Source of the DNA: an uncultured Gemmatimonadales bacterium
GTDB taxonomy: Bacteria > Gemmatimonadota > Gemmatimonadetes > Gemmatimonadales > GWC2-71-9
Direction of reading: 5' to 3'
Assembly: GCA_963842945.1 (NCBI GenBank)
Contig: CAWJIM010000023.1
Span: forward strand, 32,001 to 96,000
DNA length: 64,000 nt
Under the pieces are notes generated by a model that did no database searches, was not told the DNA's origin, and saw nothing but the letters and a program-made list of their open reading frames with translations. Both the position numbers and the translations under genes were made by a program. This document shows positions 37,615 to 48,918 of the stretch, one piece after another. Position 1 is the stretch's first letter. Each line of letters opens with the position of its first letter.

Positions 37615-38675
37615 TGCGGCTGCGGAACCTGATCGCCCGAGGGTATCGAAACCTGGCGGACCTGGAGCATGAGACTCCGCCGCGTGGCGTCGTCCTGCTC
37701 GGTGCCAACGCCCAGGGCAAGACCAATCTGCTGGAGGCGATCTACTACCCGGTACTGTTCCGCTCGTTCCGCGGAGCACCCGACCAGCAGGTGAGTGGTG
37801 GCAGCCTTGGGTTCCATGTAGAGGCGCAGCTGGAGGGCTCCAGCCGTCAAGCGGTGGCGGCCACCTATCAGGCCCGCAAGAAGCGCATCACGGTGGATGG
37901 CGAGGAGATTGGAAGGCTGGCCGACGCGGCCGGAACCTGGCTGGCCGTCGCGTTCCTGCCCTCTGATCTCGGCTTGGCCTCGGGACCGGCCGCCGTTCGG
38001 CGACAGTATCTGGATCGCTTGCTGTCTCTTGCCAGCAAGCGTTATCTGCTGGCGCTCAGCCGGTACCGTGGAGCGCTGGCGCAACGGAACAGCGCTCTGA
38101 GGCAGGGCCGTTCCGATCTGGCGCAGGCATTCGACGGGCCGCTGAGTGCCGCCGGCGCCGAGCTGATCCGGGCGCGGATCGAGTTCGCAAAGTGGGCGGA
38201 GCCGCAGTTCACGGCCGAGTTCGATTGTTTGGGCGAGCGGGGCACCGCCCGGCTGGAGTACCGCTGCCGGAGCGAGCTCGCCCAGCAGGAAGCCTGGAGC
38301 GAGCTCCTGGCGGCAAGCCTGGCAGATGATCGGGCGCGGGGCATGACCACGGTAGGTCCGCACCGGGACGACCTGATCCTGGAAATCGGAAATCGCGGGC
38401 TCCGGGACTACGGCTCGACCGGACAGCAACGCAGCGCGGCGGTTGCCCTGAAGCTGATCGAGATTACGGCGCTGCGTGAGGCCCGCGGCACCGAGCCGGG
38501 GCTTCTGCTAGACGACGTGTTTGCCGAGCTCGATCGGGACCGTCAAATCCGGTTGGCGCGGCGCTTGATGGGGCCGGAGGATCGGCAGGTGTTCGTGACC
38601 AGCCCTCGGGCCGACGAGCTGCCGCCCAATCTGGAGCTGCCGGTATGGAAGATGGAGGATGGGAGAATTGTTTGA
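37614..38675 (+). CDS. recF: DNA replication/repair protein RecF
   Basis: GANAQGKTNLLEAIY, TTVGPHRDDL, YGSTGQQRS, LLLDDVFAELD. Confidence 0.96.
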   Translation: MRLRNLIARGYRNLADLEHETPPRGVVLLGANAQGKTNLLEAIYYPVLFRSFRGAPDQQVSGGSLGFHVEAQLEGSSRQAVAATYQARKKRITVDGEEIGRLADAAGTWLAVAFLPSDLGLASGPAAVRRQYLDRLLSLASKRYLLALSRYRGALAQRNSALRQGRSDLAQAFDGPLSAAGAELIRARIEFAKWAEPQFTAEFDCLGERGTARLEYRCRSELAQQEAWSELLAASLADDRARGMTTVGPHRDDLILEIGNRGLRDYGSTGQQRSAAVALKLIEITALREARGTEPGLLLDDVFAELDRDRQIRLARRLMGPEDRQVFVTSPRADELPPNLELPVWKMEDGRIV

Positions 38676-38759
38676 GTCCCGAGTCACGAGTCACGAGGCA
38701 ATTCAGTCACTGGCAGCCGTTAATCGGCGGATTCACTGGTGACTCGCGACTCGGGACTC
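38674..38759. repeat. Heptamer-repeat palindrome between recF and dciA
   Basis: GAGTCCC GAGTCAC GAGTCAC GAG ... GTGACTCGCGACTCGGGACTC, near-perfect inverted arms. Confidence 0.88.
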
Positions 38760-38760
38760 G

Positions 38761-39075
38761 ATGACTAAGAAGAAGTCCCAACCGACTCCGCTGGCCGACG
38801 CGCTGACCAGCTACTTCAAGCAGGCCGGGCTCACCAAGCGGGTGCAGCAGGCCGGCATCATCGAGGAGTGGGCCGAGCTGGTGGGGCCGCAGATCGCCTC
38901 GGTCACCGCGCCGGAATCAGTTACTCCCGATGGCGTGCTGCGGGTCAGGGTGGCCTCGGCGCCCTGGGCCAGTGAGCTGAGCCTCATGTCGCCCAGAATC
39001 CTGGCCCGTTTGAACGCCGGCCGGTCGGGACGAGTGAAGGAGATACGATGGATGCCGGGGCCCCTGGGATCCTGA
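38761..39075 (+). CDS. dciA: DUF721/DciA family protein
   Basis: WAELVGPQIASVTAP...GVLRVRVASAPWASEL; canonical position between recF and gyrB. Confidence 0.88.
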   Translation: MTKKKSQPTPLADALTSYFKQAGLTKRVQQAGIIEEWAELVGPQIASVTAPESVTPDGVLRVRVASAPWASELSLMSPRILARLNAGRSGRVKEIRWMPGPLGS

Positions 39076-39084
39076 ACCGCCAGC

Positions 39085-39118
39085 ACTGACGACAGACGAC
39101 TGAAAACTGACGACTGAC
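39085..39118 (+). repeat. Tandem heptamer array (ACTGACG)x5, single arm
   Basis: ACTGACG ACAGACG ACTGAAA ACTGACG ACTGAC upstream of gyrB. Confidence 0.75.
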
Positions 39119-39130
39119 ATTAGCCTCTAG

Positions 39131-41086
<1,956 letters not shown>

Positions 41087-41281
41087 GGTTCCTGCCCTTT
41101 CCAGCGCATCGTCTTGCCGTAGTCGAGACTGACCACGAGGAGGGGAGCAGGCGAGGAGCCGAACCCCTCCACCCGCGACCCTTCACCGCCCTGGTGCATC
41201 TCCCGCCGCAGCACCTCTTGATTGAAACGGGTCGTCGGCATAGAATGTCGCCCTTACCGTAACTGCAAGCTACTAACGCAT

Positions 41282-42223
41282 ATGTCTCTACTTGCCCTCG
41301 ACGGGGTTTCCAAGCGATTCGGCGGTATCACGGCCGTCGATCAGGTCTCCTTCCAGGTAGATCGTGGTCAGGTGGTAGGCTTCCTCGGCCCCAACGGGGC
41401 CGGCAAGTCCACCACCATGCGCATGATCACCCAGTTCATCGAGCCCGACACCGGCTCCATCAAGCTCGACGGCGTCCCGCTGGATGATGCCGGCCGCGAG
41501 GCCAAACGCAGGCTCGGTTACCTCCCTGAGAACAACCCGCTCTACACCGAAATGCTGGTGTCGGAGTACCTCGATTTCGTCGGCCGCCTCCGGGAGCTGG
41601 CCGCCGCCGAGCGGCGGAGCGCAGTGGATGAGGCGGTGGCGGGAACCGGACTGGAGCCGGTGTTCCACCGTCCGATAGGGGAGCTGTCGAAGGGCTTCCG
41701 TCAACGAGTGGGGCTTGCGGCGGCCATTCTGCACCGGCCTGACCTTCTGATCCTGGATGAGCCAACCGAGGGACTCGACCCTAACCAGCGGGTCGAGATC
41801 CGCCATCTGATCGGCAACCTGGGCCGGGAGCGGACCGTGCTCCTCTCCACCCACGTGCTCCCCGAGGTGCAGTTCACCTGCTCCCGGCTCCTGATCATCA
41901 GCCAGGGCCGCATCGTGGCCGATGGGCCGGTGGATCAACTGATCGCCCGGGCCAAGGGTGCGTCCCGCATTGCAGTCGAGGCGGCGGGTAATGGGATTAC
42001 CAGCCGGCTCGGTGCGTTGCCTGGAGTTGCCAGCGTGGAGACCCACGAATCGTCTGATGGACGGGAGCGCGTGATCGTCACCGCGGCCGGCGCCGATGAC
42101 CTCCGTCCCCGGATTTTCGAGCTCGCGAAGGCCGAGCGGTGGACGCTGTACGAGCTTCACCAGGAGGCGGGCAGCCTGGAGGATCTCTTCCGCGAGCTCA
42201 CGATTCAGCAGGAGTCTGCCTGA
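41282..42223 (+). CDS. ABC transporter ATP-binding protein (GldA-like)
   Basis: [38 protein letters not shown]. Confidence 0.93.
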   Translation: MSLLALDGVSKRFGGITAVDQVSFQVDRGQVVGFLGPNGAGKSTTMRMITQFIEPDTGSIKLDGVPLDDAGREAKRRLGYLPENNPLYTEMLVSEYLDFVGRLRELAAAERRSAVDEAVAGTGLEPVFHRPIGELSKGFRQRVGLAAAILHRPDLLILDEPTEGLDPNQRVEIRHLIGNLGRERTVLLSTHVLPEVQFTCSRLLIISQGRIVADGPVDQLIARAKGASRIAVEAAGNGITSRLGALPGVASVETHESSDGRERVIVTAAGADDLRPRIFELAKAERWTLYELHQEAGSLEDLFRELTIQQESA

Positions 42224-44457
42224 TGCGCATCTGGACCGTGGCTCGGCGCGAGCTGAAAGCCTTGTTCGACTTGCCGACTGGATACGTGCTGCTGGTCGTT
42301 TTCCTTGCAATCAACGGATTTCTCTTTTTCCGCCAGGCCTATCTCACCCAGGTGGCGAGCCTCAGGCCGATGCTCGATGTGCTGCCCTGGCTCTTCCTCT
42401 TCTTCGTGCCGGCCGTCACCATGCGATCGCTGGCGGAGGACATCCGGGGCGGCCAGCTCGAGGTGGTATTGGCCCAGCCCCTGAGCGAGCTGGAGCTGCT
42501 GCTTGGCAAGTACGTCGCCTCGGTGTTGTTCCTCTGGATCGTTCTTGCCCTCACCATCTTCGTCCCGCTGGCGCTCTCGCTGGGCGCGGCCCTGCCCTGG
42601 GGGACGGTCATCGCCCAGTATGTCGGGGCCGGCCTCCTGGCTGCCGGCTTTGCCGCGATCGGGACCTGGGCCTCGAGCCTGAGCCGGAGTCAGATCACCG
42701 CGTTCATGCTGGCGCTGGTATTGATGTTCGTGCTGATTCTGGTGGGACTCAACCCGCTGCTGGTTGGCCTTCCCGCCGGACTTTCCGCCATTGCCGCCCG
42801 GATCGGCGTGCTCTCCCACTTCGAAAGCATTGGACGCGGGGTGCTGGACCTCCGGGACATCATCTACTTCCTCTCCCTCGCGGGCATTTTCCTGGCCCTG
42901 GCGTACGGCGCTCTGCTGAGCCGAAAGCTCGCGCCCAAGGGCGGGGCATTGCGCCGGCTTCGCCTCGGCGTTGGTTTGCTCACGGCATCACTGATCGTGG
43001 TGAACCTGCTGGGGGGATACATCGGAGGCCGGCTCGATCTCTCGCCGGGGAAGGCCTACACCCTTTCCCCCGGCACTCGGCGGGTGCTGGGCAATCTCGA
43101 CGACCTGGTGACGATCAAGGTCTTCGCTACGGCCGAGCTCCCGACCGAGGTTGCCCTGATGAAGCGCGACGTGGACGACCTCCTTCGCGACGTGCGCTCC
43201 GCGGGCCATAACCGGATCCGGGTAATCGAGCGCGACCCGTCGAAAGATCAGGCCGCCCAGAAGGACGCGCAGTCCCTCGGCATCGAGCCGGTTCAGTTCA
43301 ACGTGATCGGCCAGTCCGAGCTGCAGGTGAAGCAGGGCTACCTGGGGCTCGCCATTCAGCACGGCGACCAGACCGAAGCCGTCCCCTTTGTGCAGCACAC
43401 CGACGACCTGGAGTACCGGCTGGTCTCCTCGATTCGGAATCTGACTCGGGCCAAGAAGCCGGTGATCGGAATCATGACGGAGCAAGCGGCCGATCCGGGC
43501 ACGGGATTCCAGCACCTGCAGGAGGAGCTAGGCAAATCGTACGAGGTTCGGCCCCTCAATCCTTCCGATACCGCCAAGGGCGACACCGCATTGGCCGCCG
43601 TGGTGCTCGCGGGAGCTCCTGATTCGGTGCCTGCGCCGCAGCTCAAGCGGCTGCAGGACTACGTGAACGGCGGGGGCAGCATCCTCGTGCTTGCCGGCGG
43701 AATGAAGATGTCGCCCCAGATGCCGATGGCAAACCCGCAGCCGCCGCCCTGGAACACGCTGCTGCAGCACTTCGGCGTTTCGGTGCGGGGAGACATGGCG
43801 TACGATCTCGTGGCCAATGAGGCGATTCCGGTGCCCAGCGACTTCGGCCGAGTGCTGCAGCCCTATCCCTTCTTCATCCGGGCCGAGAGCAGCCGTCTGT
43901 CGTCGGTAAACAAGGACATCGGCGCCGTCGTTCTCACCTGGGCCAGCACCATCGATACCACAAAGGCCACCAAGGGGACGGTGACGCCGCTGCTGGCCAC
44001 CAGCCGGGGTGCCGGGACGTTTACCAACGCGACTTCCATCGACCCCCGGAGCGACTTTCCCAAGACCGACCTCGGCCGCAAGCTGCTGGGGGTGCTGGTG
44101 GCCCCCAAGGACACGGCCCGGGCCGCCGGCAAGAAGGGACGCGCGGTGGTGGTCGGAAGCAGTGACTTCGCAACCGATCGCTTCATCCAGTTCGCGCCCG
44201 AAAATCTCGGCCTTGCGCTGAACGCGGTGGACTGGCTGGCCCAGGATGAGGAGCTGATCGCGATCAGGTCGAAAGATCGGCAACCGGTTCCCCTGGTATT
44301 CCAGAGCGCGGTCGAGCGAGACGTGGCCAAGTATGCCAACCTGATCGGGCTGCCGCTGCTGGTGGCGCTGCTCGGCCTGGCGCACCTGATACAGCGCCGG
44401 CGCCGGACCCGCGATCCCTATCGGCCTCTGGTTCCGGCCGGGCAGGCGGCCACATGA
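42223..44457 (+). CDS. Fused ABC-2 permease (GldF-like) plus GldG-like auxiliary domain
   Basis: FFVPAVTMRSLAED...SHFESIGRGVLDLRDIIYFLS followed in frame by RLDLSPGKAYTLS...NAVDWLAQDEELIAIRSK and a C-terminal TM. Confidence 0.88.
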   Translation: MRIWTVARRELKALFDLPTGYVLLVVFLAINGFLFFRQAYLTQVASLRPMLDVLPWLFLFFVPAVTMRSLAEDIRGGQLEVVLAQPLSELELLLGKYVASVLFLWIVLALTIFVPLALSLGAALPWGTVIAQYVGAGLLAAGFAAIGTWASSLSRSQITAFMLALVLMFVLILVGLNPLLVGLPAGLSAIAARIGVLSHFESIGRGVLDLRDIIYFLSLAGIFLALAYGALLSRKLAPKGGALRRLRLGVGLLTASLIVVNLLGGYIGGRLDLSPGKAYTLSPGTRRVLGNLDDLVTIKVFATAELPTEVALMKRDVDDLLRDVRSAGHNRIRVIERDPSKDQAAQKDAQSLGIEPVQFNVIGQSELQVKQGYLGLAIQHGDQTEAVPFVQHTDDLEYRLVSSIRNLTRAKKPVIGIMTEQAADPGTGFQHLQEELGKSYEVRPLNPSDTAKGDTALAAVVLAGAPDSVPAPQLKRLQDYVNGGGSILVLAGGMKMSPQMPMANPQPPPWNTLLQHFGVSVRGDMAYDLVANEAIPVPSDFGRVLQPYPFFIRAESSRLSSVNKDIGAVVLTWASTIDTTKATKGTVTPLLATSRGAGTFTNATSIDPRSDFPKTDLGRKLLGVLVAPKDTARAAGKKGRAVVVGSSDFATDRFIQFAPENLGLALNAVDWLAQDEELIAIRSKDRQPVPLVFQSAVERDVAKYANLIGLPLLVALLGLAHLIQRRRRTRDPYRPLVPAGQAAT

Positions 44458-45404
44458 GCGCCAAGCAGCTCGTACGGCTCGCGGCAATCCTCGGGGTCCT
44501 GCTTCTGGTGTGGGGCGCCGCTGCTCTCGCGCGTCGGCGGGAAGCGACCCCGACAGCTGATACGTTCCGCCTGCCGAAGATCATCCGGTCCGAGGTCGAC
44601 ACCGTAACCATTTTACGGGCCAAGGACACCACCATCCTGGCGCGGAGGGACACCAATAGCTGGACGGTGAACGGGCATCCCGCCTCCCCGAATGCCGTGG
44701 GCGATCTCTTCACCGCCCTCAAGGACAGCGCTCCCGCCAGCGAGCTTGTGGCCGAGCGGAAGGGGTCCCACGCGGGATTGGGAGTGGACGACAGTGCGGG
44801 ATCGAAGGTCCGGATCAAGGGAAAAGGCAAAACTCTGGCCGATCTGGTGCTGGGCAAACGGTCGCAGGATTTCTCTGGCGGCTACGTTCGGCGGGCCGAC
44901 CAGGAGTCGACCTACGCGGTACGCGGTCAGCTCATCGATGTGCTGAACCGGAGCCCGGATGACTGGCGGGAGCACCGGATTGCCAGGATTGCGAGCGACA
45001 GCGTCGCCCGGATCGAGATAGCCCGGGGACGCAAGAGCTATGCGCTTCTGAGAAACGAAAAGAGTTGGAAGCTCGCCACCGGCGCTCCGGCCGACTCCGC
45101 CAAAATGGGAGACTTGCTGACCGCCTACAGCTCGGTGGACGCTACCGGCTTCGCCTCGCCAGCGCAGGCAGACTCGGCACACTTCGGACAGCCTGACCGG
45201 CGGGCGCGGCTTCTGCGAAAGAACGGAACTCCAATCCTCACCCTCCTCTTCGATTCGACCGCTGCCGGATTTTGGGTGCGGCCCGATACCAGCAAGACCG
45301 TCTATCGGATCGAGAGCTGGACCGCAGATCGCCTGGCGCCGGCCGATACCACGCTGCGGATGCAGCGCAACGCAAAATCGGAGTCACCTAACCCCAAGAA
45401 CTAG
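44454..45404 (+). CDS. DUF4340 domain protein
   Basis: N-terminal anchor, two internal repeats, DDWREHRI; usual partner of GldA/F/G-like operons. Confidence 0.75.
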   Translation: MSAKQLVRLAAILGVLLLVWGAAALARRREATPTADTFRLPKIIRSEVDTVTILRAKDTTILARRDTNSWTVNGHPASPNAVGDLFTALKDSAPASELVAERKGSHAGLGVDDSAGSKVRIKGKGKTLADLVLGKRSQDFSGGYVRRADQESTYAVRGQLIDVLNRSPDDWREHRIARIASDSVARIEIARGRKSYALLRNEKSWKLATGAPADSAKMGDLLTAYSSVDATGFASPAQADSAHFGQPDRRARLLRKNGTPILTLLFDSTAAGFWVRPDTSKTVYRIESWTADRLAPADTTLRMQRNAKSESPNPKN

Positions 45405-45409
45405 GCTGC

Positions 45410-45646
45410 TCAGAGCCTCTCGGGAGGCCTCGGCTGAGTTGCGCCGGGGCCCCAATCATCTCCCGGAAATTCGTCCTCCGGCCTTTGCTGCGATTCCAGG
45501 TCTCGCACCTCCCGTTCGGCGGCTTCCAGCTCCTCATAGTCAATCCCGCTGTCCCCATGGAGACGCGGCCCCGGATGTCTCCGGTCGCGTCTAAACCAGA
45601 TCACCAGAGCGGCGAGGGCCGCCAGGGCAATGAGCAGGGTTCCCAT
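45410..45646 (-). CDS. Small membrane-anchored hypothetical protein
   Basis: MGTLLIALAALAALVIWFRR plus acidic tail IDYEELEAAEREVRDL...DDWGPG. Confidence 0.6.
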   Translation of the reverse strand: MGTLLIALAALAALVIWFRRDRRHPGPRLHGDSGIDYEELEAAEREVRDLESQQRPEDEFPGDDWGPGATQPRPPERL

Positions 45647-45677
45647 GGGCTCGGTGATTATGGGCAAACTTCGTCAC

Positions 45678-47000
45678 TCAAAACGATGTCAGACCATCGA
45701 CCGTCGCCCGATGGGTGATCAATGGCGTGAGTCTGCCGGACTCTCCAATCGTGATCGCCTCACTGAGCGCCTTCATCGCGCGGTCGATCCCATCCGCGTT
45801 GCGGGCGAAGACCGAGGCGAGCGGCTCGCCTTCAGTCACGGAGTCACCCGGTTTTACCGGAATGACGAATCCTACCGCGGGGTCGATCGTATCCTCGATC
45901 GTGCGGCGGCCACCTCCCAGCTCCACGATGGCTCGACCGATCCGGCGCGGTTCTATTTGAGTCACCACCCCATTTCGTCGGGCACGGAAGACTTCAACCT
46001 CGTCCGCCTGCGGCAAGCCCTCCGGATTCTCGAGGACGCGGGGATCTCCGCCCTGCGCCTCGATGATCCGGCCGAAGGTTTCCAGCGCCCGGCCCGAGGT
46101 GACGCTGTCCTCGAGCTTCCGCCGAGCTTCGGCTGGATTCGCCGCTGCCCCGACCAGAAGCAGCATCTCGACTCCGAGAGCGTAGGTGACCTCCATCAGG
46201 TCCTCCGGCCCGTCACCCCGCAGGCCCTGGATCGACTCCTCGACTTCCAGCGCGTTACCACACGATCGTCCCAGTGGGCGGTCCATCGCCGTGAGCAGTG
46301 CCACAGTGGGGCAGCCCCTTTCGTGCCCCAATTCGATCATGGTCCGGGCCAGCTCGATGGCCTGGGAAGTCTCGGGCATGAACGCGCCGCTCCCGGTCTT
46401 CACATCGAGCACCAAGCCGTTGAGCCCTTCAGCCAGCTTCTTCGACATGATGCTGGCCGAGATCAAGGGGATCGACTCGACCGTTCCGGTGACGTCCCGC
46501 AAGGCATAGAGTCGCTTGTCGGCCGGCGCAATCTCCGGAGTCTGCCCCAGCATGGCGCAGCCGATCCGCTGCACCTGCGCCTCGGCCTCTCGTAGCGAGA
46601 GGTTGGTCCGAAAGCCGGGGATGGACTCCAGCTTATCCAGCGTACCGCCGGTATGTCCCAGACCCCGGCCCGACATCATCGGGACGGCCACGCCGCAACT
46701 GGCCACCAGGGGCGCGAGCAGGAGTGAGACCTTGTCCCCAATGCCGCCGGTGGAGTGTTTGTCCGACACCGGTCGGTTGAGCTGGTCGAACCGGAGCCGG
46801 TCCCCCGAAGCGATCATCGCATCGGTGAGCGCCCCCAGTTCCGCGGACGAGAGCCCGCGAAATACGACGGCCATCAGCAGTGCCGACATCTGATAGTCGG
46901 GCACCCGGCCGTCGGTGTATTCGCGGATCAGCTGCTTCCATTCTTCGGGCTCGAGTGCATTCCCGTCGCGCTTGTGCTGGATCAGAGACGGGATCACCAT
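45678..47000 (-). CDS. pdp: Thymidine/pyrimidine-nucleoside phosphorylase
   Basis: DKHSTGGIGDKVS, MMSGRGLGHTGGTLDKLESIPG, APADKRLYALRDVT, SIMSKKLAEG. Confidence 0.95.
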   Translation of the reverse strand: MVIPSLIQHKRDGNALEPEEWKQLIREYTDGRVPDYQMSALLMAVVFRGLSSAELGALTDAMIASGDRLRFDQLNRPVSDKHSTGGIGDKVSLLLAPLVASCGVAVPMMSGRGLGHTGGTLDKLESIPGFRTNLSLREAEAQVQRIGCAMLGQTPEIAPADKRLYALRDVTGTVESIPLISASIMSKKLAEGLNGLVLDVKTGSGAFMPETSQAIELARTMIELGHERGCPTVALLTAMDRPLGRSCGNALEVEESIQGLRGDGPEDLMEVTYALGVEMLLLVGAAANPAEARRKLEDSVTSGRALETFGRIIEAQGGDPRVLENPEGLPQADEVEVFRARRNGVVTQIEPRRIGRAIVELGGGRRTIEDTIDPAVGFVIPVKPGDSVTEGEPLASVFARNADGIDRAMKALSEAITIGESGRLTPLITHRATVDGLTSF

Positions 47001-47020
47001 TCGGAGTCAACCATGGAGTC

Positions 47021-47806
47021 ATGCATCTCGTGTTGAAGCTTTCCCTGAGAGCGATTCTCGCCCTGGCCGCGCTCCCATCCGGACTGAGCTCCCAGACACC
47101 GGCCGACCATGTGGGCCTCGGGATATCGGCTGAGGAGGCGCACGATGTGCGCACCGCGCTGCAGCACTACCAGGCCGCTCTCGATCAGGACTCCTCCAAT
47201 TACGACGCGAACTGGCGAGGTGCACTGACGCTGCTCACGCTGGGCGAGCAGCTCGCCGGCTCGAAGAACCCGGAGCGAGACTCCCTGTATGCCCAGGCCG
47301 AGCGGTACGCCCGCCGGGCCGTAACCTCTGATCCAGCCGGGGCTGACGGCCACTTTGCCCTGGCCGCCTCACTCGGGCGGGTGTCCCTCACCAAGGGCAC
47401 GAAGGAGCGAATCAAGAGTGCCGGAGAGATCCGGAGAGAAGCGTTGCGTACCCTGGCCTTGAACCCGAAGCACGACGGGGCCTATCACATTCTGGGACGC
47501 TGGAACGCCGAGATCATGCGCATTTCCGGGTTCAGCCGGTTCTTCGCCAAGAAATTCCTGGGAGCCGGGGTCTTCAACCAGGCCTCGTGGGACCAGGCGA
47601 TCTATAACATGGAGAAAGCAGTCGAGCTGGATTCGACTCGCATCTATCACCACCTGGAGCTGGCGGAGATCTACGTCGACCGAAAGCGGCTCGCGGATGC
47701 TAAAACCCAGCTTCGAATGGTTAACTCCCTACCCCTGCGGGAAGTCATGGATACGGCGTACAAGCGAGAAGGCGCGGCGCTGAGCCGCCGCCTCGCCAAG
47801 CACTAG
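47021..47806 (+). CDS. Secreted TPR-like helical protein
   Basis: Signal peptide; helical repeats ADGHFALAASLGR, NPKHDGAYHILGRWN, IYHHLELAEIY. Confidence 0.72.
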   Translation: MHLVLKLSLRAILALAALPSGLSSQTPADHVGLGISAEEAHDVRTALQHYQAALDQDSSNYDANWRGALTLLTLGEQLAGSKNPERDSLYAQAERYARRAVTSDPAGADGHFALAASLGRVSLTKGTKERIKSAGEIRREALRTLALNPKHDGAYHILGRWNAEIMRISGFSRFFAKKFLGAGVFNQASWDQAIYNMEKAVELDSTRIYHHLELAEIYVDRKRLADAKTQLRMVNSLPLREVMDTAYKREGAALSRRLAKH

Positions 47807-48144
47807 TCCGCGCTCTCCTTCACTTCCTTTGCCCGCTCCCGGGCGCGCTCCCGCAGCCGTTCCAATTCCAGCTTGAGCCGCCGCTTGCGCCGGCTTAGCT
47901 CCTGGCTGGTTCGGCTGCCTGCGCGATCGAGGCTATCCATTGCATCCGACTGAAGCTCGCGCATCCGCCCGCGGAGACGCTTGCGCATGTCTCCTCCCCG
48001 CTCGGGGGCGAACAGTAGGGCGAGTCCGGCGCCGAGAAACGCGCCGAATACGATGCCGGCCACAAACCCGGCCCTTCCGTGGGCTGAGTCGGAGATCTCG
48101 ATCTTGGTCTCCGCCAACTCCGGAGTTTCCTCAGTGTTCTTCAT
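47803..48144 (-). CDS. YtxH domain protein
   Basis: GFVAGIVFGAFLGAGLALLFAPERGGDMRKRL plus coiled coil. Confidence 0.85.
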   Translation of the reverse strand: MKNTEETPELAETKIEISDSAHGRAGFVAGIVFGAFLGAGLALLFAPERGGDMRKRLRGRMRELQSDAMDSLDRAGSRTSQELSRRKRRLKLELERLRERARERAKEVKESAD

Positions 48145-48221
48145 TTGCGGCTCCGTTTTTTGCGCTGGCTAAGAAGCTAGCTGAGGAGGCTGGACGGCGG
48201 TACGGTTTCCTGCGGGAATGG

Positions 48222-48917
48222 TCAGTCGACCAGGCGGTAACCTACCCCTGGCTCGGTGAGAAACAGTCGCGGACGCGTGGGGTCGCGCTCGAGCTTGTGG
48301 CGGAGCTGACCCATATAGACTCTGAGGTAGTGGCTCTGCTCGGCGTAGTTTGGGCCCCAAACCTCCTGTAGCAGCTGCCGGTGAGTGACCACCCGGCCGG
48401 CGTTTCGAACCAACACCGCCAGCAGCTTGTATTCGGTTGGGGTAAGGTGGGCAGCTTCGCCGGCCCGAAAGACCTGCCGCCGTGCCATATCGACCTTGAG
48501 ATCGCCGGTTTCGAAGCTGGTTTGACCGTTTCCTCCGGGAGCAAGGCTGGAGTGTCTCAGGGCCACCCGAATTCTCGCCAGAAGCTCGGGCACCCCAAAC
48601 GGTTTGGTCAGATAGTCATTGGCGCCCAGATCCAGCGCATTCACCTTGTCGCGTTCCTGTCCCCGGGCAGAGATCACGATGATCGGTGTGCGGGTAGTTC
48701 GGCGGAGCTCTCGGGTTACCTCGAGACCGTCCCGATCGGGTAGGCCGAGGTCGAGCAGGATGATTTCAGGGTTGCGCCCAGCAGCTTGGGCCAATCCCTC
48801 GCGCGCCGAGGCGGTCTCCACCACCTGATACTGATGCGCCCGCAGGGTTGCACCGAGAAAGCGGCGCATCTGGGGCTCGTCCTCGATCAGCAGCACCAGC
48901 GGATTTACCGTGGTCAA
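48222..48917 (-). CDS. kdpE: KdpE-type OmpR-family response regulator
   Basis: LIEDEPQMRRFL, LLDLGLPDRDG, HLTPTEYKLL, HYLRVYMGQLRHKLERDPTRPRLFLTEPGVGYR. Confidence 0.92.
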   Translation of the reverse strand: MTTVNPLVLLIEDEPQMRRFLGATLRAHQYQVVETASAREGLAQAAGRNPEIILLDLGLPDRDGLEVTRELRRTTRTPIIVISARGQERDKVNALDLGANDYLTKPFGVPELLARIRVALRHSSLAPGGNGQTSFETGDLKVDMARRQVFRAGEAAHLTPTEYKLLAVLVRNAGRVVTHRQLLQEVWGPNYAEQSHYLRVYMGQLRHKLERDPTRPRLFLTEPGVGYRLVD

Positions 48918-48918
48918 C

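Noticed and set aside
41282..45404. Gliding motility system
   Set aside because: GldA/F/G-like ABC sets are widespread in non-gliding bacteria; no gldK-N or T9SS genes here
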